From: Acidimicrobiia bacterium
GTDB taxonomy: Bacteria; Actinomycetota; Acidimicrobiia; Acidimicrobiales; Poriferisodalaceae
DNA: 64,000 nt
Assembly: GCA_012960315.1 (NCBI GenBank)
Contig: DUBN01000073.1
Coordinates: 5,174 to 69,173, forward strand
Reading direction: 5' to 3'
Shown: positions 58,671-64,000 of the stretch, piece after piece
How positions within the stretch are numbered: position 1 is the stretch's first letter
How the letters are laid out: every line of letters begins with the position of its first letter
Program-made: the position numbers and the translations under genes
The notes under the pieces: model-generated
Seen by the model: the letters and a program-made list of their open reading frames with translations, nothing else
What the model was told of the DNA's origin: nothing
The model's database searches: none

Positions 58671-59696
58671 GTGAGTGAGAAACCCGACCCGATGACGGTC
58701 CCATTTGGAACTGTTTTTTGTGACTGGATGGCCACGGCGCGGAGTCAAGATGGCGTCTATGAATATTCGGGCCATGTTGAGGAGTACGGAGATTTTTCCC
58801 TAAGTCCAGCTGCGCATGCTCTCCATTATGGGAGTGCCGTCTTCGAAGGCATGAAGGCTCACTGGCAAGCTGATGGTTCCTTGGCAATTTTCCGGCTTGA
58901 TGATCACGTGGCTCGGATGCGACAAAGTACTGCGCAGCTTCGCTTGCCGATTCCAGAATCCTCGACATTGAGGGAGATGATCGTCGATGCTGTCGAAGCA
59001 AATGTGGCAGAGGTTCCAGCGGCGCCCGGATCGCTGTACATAAGGCCCACCATCATTGGTACCGAGCCCAATATCGGTGCCGCAGCCACACCGAGCTGTG
59101 AGGCATTGCTATTTGTCGTTAATTGCCCGGTGGGGGACTACTTCAAAGGTGGGGTGCGGCCGTTAACGTTGCTAGTTGAGGAAACGATTCCTCGAACCAC
59201 GCCACAATTTGGCATGGTGAAATCTGGCGCGAACTACGCGATGGCTTTAGCTCCAACTCTGGACGCCATGGAAAAAAATTCTGCTGTAGACCAAATTCTC
59301 TTTGCTACAGGCGGAGACATTACTGAGACTGGTGCAGCGAACTTTTTCTTAGCCGATGAGGATCGGGTGGTCACCCGCCAACTCGATAGTTCTTTTCTCC
59401 ATGGTGTCACTCGAGCCTCAGTGCTAACTCTTGCCCAAGACCTCGGATACAACGTGCAAGAGCGACCCATTGAACTCAACGAATTAGCAGAATGGGCGAA
59501 CCGAGGTGAAGCGTTTCTGTCAGGAACAGCTGCTGTGCTTTCTCCTGTCGGAACTATTCTTCGCGGCGATGAGAACATCGTGTTTGGTGACGGCGAACCC
59601 GGGCCGAACACCCTTCGGCTGAGGGAACGCCTGGTCGCTATCCAAAGTGGACACAGCGAGGACCAGCATGGTTGGCGAACAACCGTCGGCTCGTAA
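58671..59696 (+). CDS. ilvE: Branched-chain amino acid aminotransferase (class IV PLP)
   Basis: GTG 58671 lies 5 nt after GGGAG. Blocks LHYGSAVFEGMKA, LYIRPTIIGTEP, AKSGANYA-like (VKSGANYAMAL) and ETGAANFF. Confidence 0.9.
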   Translation: MSEKPDPMTVPFGTVFCDWMATARSQDGVYEYSGHVEEYGDFSLSPAAHALHYGSAVFEGMKAHWQADGSLAIFRLDDHVARMRQSTAQLRLPIPESSTLREMIVDAVEANVAEVPAAPGSLYIRPTIIGTEPNIGAAATPSCEALLFVVNCPVGDYFKGGVRPLTLLVEETIPRTTPQFGMVKSGANYAMALAPTLDAMEKNSAVDQILFATGGDITETGAANFFLADEDRVVTRQLDSSFLHGVTRASVLTLAQDLGYNVQERPIELNELAEWANRGEAFLSGTAAVLSPVGTILRGDENIVFGDGEPGPNTLRLRERLVAIQSGHSEDQHGWRTTVGS

Positions 59697-59726
59697 CACT
59701 GTTTTGTACGGGACCGGGGTATGTGA

Positions 59727-60614
59727 GTGAATGATCATCCGAGTTGTCCGAAATTTGGTTGGCTATCTCCAGTTATTGGCAACAAGTGGAGCGACTTTCA
59801 ACCGATAGTGCAGTACCAGTGCGAGCACATCCTTCCCGCGGTAACTCCAGAGTTTGACAGTTTGTGGATAGCCGATCATTTCTATGGCTTCGACCAAAAA
59901 ACAGACCCATTCCTCGAAGCGTGGACGACTTTGACCTGGTGCGCTGCGAAATTCCCGGATATTGATCTATGTCACCACGTACTGGGTGCTGGGTATCGCC
60001 CGCCTGCTCTGACGGCCAAAATGGCGAGCACCTTGCAGTTTTTGAGTGGAAACCGGTTCATTTTAGGAATCGGCGCGGGCTGGAGAGAAGATGAGTACCT
60101 GGCCTACGGCTACGACTTTCCTCGACCTAACATCCGATTTCGTCAGCTTGAAGAAACGATCAAGATCTGTCGCCTCATGTGGTCTGAGGAGGAACCGAGC
60201 TTTGATGGTGAATTTTTTCGTATTGACGGGGCGTCGGCTCCTCCGTTACCCAGCGTGCCGCCGCCTATTTGCATCGGTGCATCAGGTGAAAAGATTGGAT
60301 TGCCACTCGCAGCGCGTCACGCCGATATTTGGAACACCGTTTGGCGGGGCAGCACTGAGTCACTGATTCAGAAACAAAATGTTGTTTTAACCGAGCTTGA
60401 TCGTTTGGGTCGTTCGCGTTCAGACATCGAGTTTTCCTTGACCATAGAGCGGGCACTTCCAAATGATGGCGCTGAATGCGCTCAGTTCTTTGAGCTTCTA
60501 AGCGAACTCATTGAGCTTCAGGTGAATCATTTCGTTTTGGACTTCGGTAACCCCCAGTCGGCTGGAGAAGCGGACCGGTTTATCGCCGACGTTATGACAC
60601 CGTTACGCTCCTAG
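59727..60614 (+). CDS. Luciferase-like monooxygenase (LLM) class oxidoreductase, possibly F420-dependent
   Basis: FDSLWIADHF, RFILGIGAGWREDEYLAYGYDFP, RFRQLEETIKICRLMW and PPICIGASGEK. The cofactor (FMN versus F420) cannot be decided by eye. Confidence 0.82.
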   Translation: MNDHPSCPKFGWLSPVIGNKWSDFQPIVQYQCEHILPAVTPEFDSLWIADHFYGFDQKTDPFLEAWTTLTWCAAKFPDIDLCHHVLGAGYRPPALTAKMASTLQFLSGNRFILGIGAGWREDEYLAYGYDFPRPNIRFRQLEETIKICRLMWSEEEPSFDGEFFRIDGASAPPLPSVPPPICIGASGEKIGLPLAARHADIWNTVWRGSTESLIQKQNVVLTELDRLGRSRSDIEFSLTIERALPNDGAECAQFFELLSELIELQVNHFVLDFGNPQSAGEADRFIADVMTPLRS

Positions 60615-61219
60615 TGTTTTATACGGTGGTTGACCGAATTGAGTGGCGGGCACCTACTGTTAAGGCATCGAAATTTATCGCGACTTGCTTTCCGATAGGT
60701 AGCGAACAACACGCACGAGATGAACTCGCCACCATTCGTCGTCAATGGCCCAACGCGTCACATCACTGTTGGGCTTGGCGTCTTGCCAATCCGCGAATCG
60801 ACCGATGCGCTGATGACGGTGAACCGTCAGGAAGTGCTGGCTCTTCCATCTTGTCCCAACTGGTGGCCAACTCGATGGTTGACACAGCCGTCGTCGTAAC
60901 TCGCTGGTTTGGTGGCACGAAACTAGGGGTTGGTGGTCTTTCGCGGGCGTATCGCGGTGCTTGTTCGGGTGCCCTTAATGCTTCGTCGATGACTGCGTGT
61001 GAACCGAAACAGTTGTGGATGGTGGAGTATGAGCACAGAGACCACCAGAAAGTGGACAGGGTTCTGAGCAGGCACGACGCCAAATCGATCAGTGCCGAAT
61101 TCGATGCTAAAGCGCGTCGCGTAGTTGAACTATCCACGGGTTGTGTCGATGACGTTAAGGGCGCCATTGCCGACGCTACGAGCGGTCGGGCCGTGTGCTC
61201 ACTTTTTGTCGCACGCTAG
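60614..61219 (+). CDS. yigZ: IMPACT/YigZ family protein (UPF0029)
   Basis: The GTG start overlaps the LLM stop (TAGTG). Blocks KASKFIATCFPIGSEQHARDELATIRRQWPNASHHCWAW, DDGEPSGSAGSSIL and VVVTRWFGGTKLGVGGLSRAY. Confidence 0.85.
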   Translation: MFYTVVDRIEWRAPTVKASKFIATCFPIGSEQHARDELATIRRQWPNASHHCWAWRLANPRIDRCADDGEPSGSAGSSILSQLVANSMVDTAVVVTRWFGGTKLGVGGLSRAYRGACSGALNASSMTACEPKQLWMVEYEHRDHQKVDRVLSRHDAKSISAEFDAKARRVVELSTGCVDDVKGAIADATSGRAVCSLFVAR

Positions 61220-61515
61220 AAGGTGTTTTGGTTCGGCTTGTTCGGTGATGTACGCAGCAGCAAACGGGTACTGGGGGACAATCAAACTTGCGGTCGCTTC
61301 GATTTGGCGAGGAGACCGGCCATTAGTTGGTCGGCCAAACCTTCCCCTCAGCGTTGTGGATCAGTTTCGACGTGAGGCACTATCACAGTATTTCCGTGCC
61401 GCTCGTAGCTTGCGAAACTGATGATGTTTTCATGATTCGCACCTTTCTTGCGGAGCTCAAATCGGCCGTCAGTTATGTTGTCATGGACGAAAAAACTCGA
61501 CGCGTTTTCGGTCAT
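61199..61515 (-). pseudogene. Decayed YjdJ-type small GNAT acetyltransferase gene (one in-frame TGA + one frameshift)
   Basis: The minus strand from ATG 61515 reads MTENASSFFVHDNITDGRFELRKKGANHENIISFASYERHGNTVIVPHVETDPQR[TGA 61348-61350]GEGLADQLMAGLLAKSK. After a 1-nt frame change near 61295, it continues ATASLIVPQYPFAAAYITEQAEPKHLLACDKK, with stop at 61199-61201. This is colinear and equal in spacing with E. coli YjdJ (...[41 protein letters not shown]...). Confidence 0.6.
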
Positions 61516-61572
61516 GCTTCTAGCCTTATGGGACCCGCTGGGTAAGGCAAACTGGAACCGTGAGGTAACTCA

Positions 61573-62379
61573 ATGGTGTTACGACTCCGTCAAGTCGCGA
61601 TCGTTGGCAACGAGTATGAAGAGACCGAAGCGGCTCTTTCGGCGGTCTTCGATCTGCAGGTCGCCTACCGCGACCCTGGAAACCGCCCCGCTCGGGATGC
61701 CGGGGTCAGCATTTTCGGTCTGAAAAATTTTGTTATGCCTATCGGAAATCAGTTTCTCGAACTGGTTGTGCCACTCGAAGATGGGCCAACGTCCGCAGCG
61801 GGTCGCTATTTGCAGCGACGTGGGGGCCCCGGCGGCTACATGCTTCTTTTCCAAGTCCCACGGTTGGAATATGTTGCCCATAGTGACCACCTGACTGAAC
61901 TGGGTGTTCGCGTGGTAGCGGGCGGCGATATCAGCGAAGCAGGCAGCGAAGCGATGCACGTCCACCCTAAAGACCTACCAGGATGCCTGGTTGAGCTTCG
62001 CTGGTGTGAAAATGAAGATGTGATGGATGGTGACTGGTGGCCGGTAGAAAGAGATTGGCGAGAGCATCGCAACACTAAATTTGTAAACGCCATTTGCGGG
62101 GCAGAAATTCAAACTCCCGAGCCTCTCCCATTGGCTGAAAGATGGGCCGAAGTCCTTCAAGTGCCGATGGCAATGTTGGATGGAGTTCCGACAATTCCGA
62201 CGATGGACGGCCCGGTCCGCTTTACCGAACCGTCGGATCACCGTCCAGAGGGGTTAGGTGGTATCGATGTACGAGTTTCGGATCCCCAGATGGTCGCCAA
62301 CCGTGCAGCTAGTTTCGGTTTGCGTTGCCATGACAGAACGATAGAAATTAGCGGCTTACGTTTCCACCTCGTTGGGTGA
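61573..62379 (+). CDS. Glyoxalase-like / VOC-superfamily domain protein (tentative)
   Basis: ATG 61573 lies 9 nt after GAGG. LRQVAIVGNEYEETEAALSAVFDL and FGLKNFVMPIGNQFLELVVP resemble the glyoxalase-like domain pattern. The C-terminal half is unassigned. Confidence 0.5.
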   Translation: MVLRLRQVAIVGNEYEETEAALSAVFDLQVAYRDPGNRPARDAGVSIFGLKNFVMPIGNQFLELVVPLEDGPTSAAGRYLQRRGGPGGYMLLFQVPRLEYVAHSDHLTELGVRVVAGGDISEAGSEAMHVHPKDLPGCLVELRWCENEDVMDGDWWPVERDWREHRNTKFVNAICGAEIQTPEPLPLAERWAEVLQVPMAMLDGVPTIPTMDGPVRFTEPSDHRPEGLGGIDVRVSDPQMVANRAASFGLRCHDRTIEISGLRFHLVG

Positions 62380-62381
62380 CT

Positions 62382-63509
62382 TCACCCTAAATAGAATTCG
62401 GTGTGTTGCCCCAAAAGAGGTGCTGCGGTCATCGTCCACCAGTCAGCGTTGGTTCTGAACGGGGCACCGGGAACCGCGACTGAGGAGCCATCAGGCAACT
62501 GGGTCTCAGACCAGAACCTGGCGGCCTTCAGATGTGGGTCGTCGAGCAGCGCGTTGACGGTATTGACGGGAGTAACCGGGATGCCCCGCCGTTGGCCTTC
62601 TTGAAACAACTCCTGCCTGCTCTGTCCGACGGTCAGTTCCTCCACCCATGTGTCGATGAGGTCCTGCGTTTCCATCCGAACACCAAGATCTTCGAACACT
62701 TCTTCTGTAATGGTTTCATTTCCGGTCGCTTCCGCTACCCATGAGGCCATTGCAGTCCAATGACGAGGTAATAACACGATGATGGAAACGAAACCGTCGC
62801 TGCACGGGTACAACCCGAATGGTCGACCAAGGTCTCGTCTATTGCCTGAGCGTTCTCGGTGAACTCGGTCATCAAGAAAAACTGGTACCCCAGTTTCTGG
62901 AGCGATGGCAAGTGCGGCTTCTTGCATCGAAATTTCTACCTGTTGCCCTTCGCCACTTTTGCGTCTGGCGCGTAGCGCCAACAGTGTCCCTACGAGCGCA
63001 GAAGCGGCAGATGCGTGGAGTGCGAGTTGAACGTGCCCTGCAGGAGCAACTGGGGCTCGGTCTCGAAAGCCGGTGGCGTAGAGCACCCCAGAGGCCGCCC
63101 ACGCGACAAGGTTTGAGCTCTTCCAAGAGCGCTTGGGTCCTGTTAGGCCGAACGGCACAATGCTGGTTCGAACCGTGGTGTCAGGGAGAAGATCAGGACT
63201 AATCAATGAGTCTTCGGGCAATCGATCTTCAAAAATCACGTCAGCACTAGACAGGATCTGTGCGAGCGAGTCTTTGTTGTCAGGTTCAATCACCACGCTC
63301 CGCGTACCCATTGCGAGGTAACTCCACCAGAGGCTGTTCTCGGGCGGAGCTATCGACTCTGCAAAGGGAGCTAGGTATCTAAGGGGCGAGCCATCAGGAG
63401 GTTCTAGTCGAATTACCTCAGCTCCCAATCCAGCAAATAGGCGAGTTGCGTAAGCCCCTGCGAGCCCGGTTGTGTCGACCACTCGAAGGCCGTTGTAGGG
63501 ACCCGCCAT
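62382..63509 (-). CDS. Family III CoA-transferase (CaiB/BaiF), non-canonical LHASA subtype
   Basis: LRVVDTTGLAGAYATRLFAGLGAEVIRLEPP and QLALHASAASALVGTLLALRARRKSGEGQQVEIS. ATG 63509 overlaps the upstream stop (TAATG). Confidence 0.9.
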   Translation of the reverse strand: MAGPYNGLRVVDTTGLAGAYATRLFAGLGAEVIRLEPPDGSPLRYLAPFAESIAPPENSLWWSYLAMGTRSVVIEPDNKDSLAQILSSADVIFEDRLPEDSLISPDLLPDTTVRTSIVPFGLTGPKRSWKSSNLVAWAASGVLYATGFRDRAPVAPAGHVQLALHASAASALVGTLLALRARRKSGEGQQVEISMQEAALAIAPETGVPVFLDDRVHRERSGNRRDLGRPFGLYPCSDGFVSIIVLLPRHWTAMASWVAEATGNETITEEVFEDLGVRMETQDLIDTWVEELTVGQSRQELFQEGQRRGIPVTPVNTVNALLDDPHLKAARFWSETQLPDGSSVAVPGAPFRTNADWWTMTAAPLLGQHTEFYLG

Positions 63510-64000
63510 TAGAGGTCCCTCGCATCGGCTGTGCCGGGCACCAACAGGTGAATCCAGTCGTCCCAGGGCCGCGGGACAAGCGTCTCTGGTTCGAGTTGTT
63601 CGAATGCGCCCTTATCGGCCACCAGTTGAGATATTTCCTCGTCGGACATGCCAGCAACGTCTCTTAACACTTCGCGGGTGTGTTGAGCCAGCGAGGGGCC
63701 GGCGTCAGTCCATCGACCCGGGGTGCCTTTCAACTTGACGGCGCAGTCACTGAATACATCCCTTCCAAGCCTTGCGTGGGGCGCCACCTGATACCAGTTC
63801 CGGCTCATCGTGTGGGTGTCATGAAGTAAGTCTTCGTTAGTTGAAACGACATGGGCTGCAACGCCCACGCTTTGAAGTCTGTGCGCAAGGTCATCAGCAT
63901 CGAAATTAACCGTCCAGGTGCCGATCTGGCTGTCGAGCTGCTCTTGTTGAGCCAAGCGCAGATCGGGATCGTCGAAATGGTCGTCTGGTAACTCCATCAA
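63509..64000 (-). CDS. Family III CoA-transferase (CaiB/BaiF), C-terminal 163 codons only (5' end beyond window)
   Basis: The ORF is open to the window edge. LQSVGVAAHVVSTNEDLL...GPSLAQHTREVLRDVAGMSDEEISQLVADKGAFE is the typical CaiB-family C terminus. Confidence 0.85.
   Translation of the reverse strand: MMELPDDHFDDPDLRLAQQEQLDSQIGTWTVNFDADDLAHRLQSVGVAAHVVSTNEDLLHDTHTMSRNWYQVAPHARLGRDVFSDCAVKLKGTPGRWTDAGPSLAQHTREVLRDVAGMSDEEISQLVADKGAFEQLEPETLVPRPWDDWIHLLVPGTADARDL

Noticed and set aside
58555-59001. The N-terminal 149 codons of the listed 840-aa ORF (56479..59001) extend the FadB-like gene.
   Set aside because: The extension is Arg/Ser/His-rich and not protein-like, and it runs antisense through the start of ilvE. 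The crotonase domain begins right at ATG 58554 (MTQLTQSVRLEFDDDVALIRIDNPPVNAL).
61348-61350. The in-frame TGA in the GNAT remnant as a second possible selenocysteine codon.
   Set aside because: It aligns with the Lys/Arg before the G-x-G acetyl-CoA motif, not with a Cys or redox position. The gene also carries a frameshift, so it is a pseudogene.

Overview
This is a dense chromosomal segment with about 55 protein-coding genes on both strands and many 1-11 nt start/stop overlaps. I found no rRNA, tRNA, CRISPR array, transposase, integrase or phage gene, and no transcription factor I could recognise. GC looks moderate by eye (not computed). The gene content includes F420-type enzymes, lipoprotein or membrane-tethered binding proteins with acidic linkers, and large paralogue sets of CoA-transferases, carboxyltransferases, Baeyer-Villiger and luciferase-like monooxygenases and sulfatase. 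This suggests a marine heterotroph such as a SAR202-like Chloroflexota or an Actinomycetota, but that is a guess only.

Gene content, left to right:
- Sulfatase (5' partial).
- DUF1330 + MttB-superfamily methyltransferase + a highly fused Liv-type ABC importer.
- cysD-cysNC-cysC + cyclase.
- Baeyer-Villiger monooxygenase + carotenoid/stilbene cleavage oxygenase, facing a frameshifted SCP2-alpha/beta-hydrolase.
- An SDR / PhyH / MetE-like / desaturase operon, facing thrH + a VOC protein.
- SAM methyltransferase + MFS transporter.
- Crotonase + CMD-family protein.
- DsbA-like gene with an in-frame TGA.
- Carboxyltransferase.
- Tandem-fused CaiB CoA-transferase.
- F420 (DDN-like) reductase.
- FAD monooxygenase.
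- ahcY-deoD.
- M20 peptidase facing argG.
- Opp/Dpp-type ABC operon.
- A long minus-strand run: fadB-like, ACAD-like, aldolase remnant, TcuA-like, monomeric icd, and two carboxyltransferases.
- ilvE, LLM oxidoreductase, yigZ.
- GNAT pseudogene.
- Glyoxalase-like protein.
- A split pair of CaiB genes (the last one partial).

Most interesting observations:
1. A DsbA/FrnE-like oxidoreductase has TGA exactly at the first Cys of its CPWC motif, making it a candidate selenoprotein.
2. A 960-aa MFS::LivF::LivG fusion sits next to a LivH::LivM fusion and an MttB-family methyltransferase.
3. A two-subtype CaiB module occurs once fused and once split, and one subtype lacks the canonical catalytic Asp.
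4. The CysNC fusion has a degenerate APS-kinase domain and is followed by a canonical cysC.
5. A desaturase / MetE-like / PhyH / SDR operon has no pathway assignment that I know of.
6. There are several decayed genes: a GNAT with a TGA plus a frameshift, an enolase remnant, a truncated aldolase, and a frame break at a G8 run.

All family calls come from motif recognition by eye. No database search was run.
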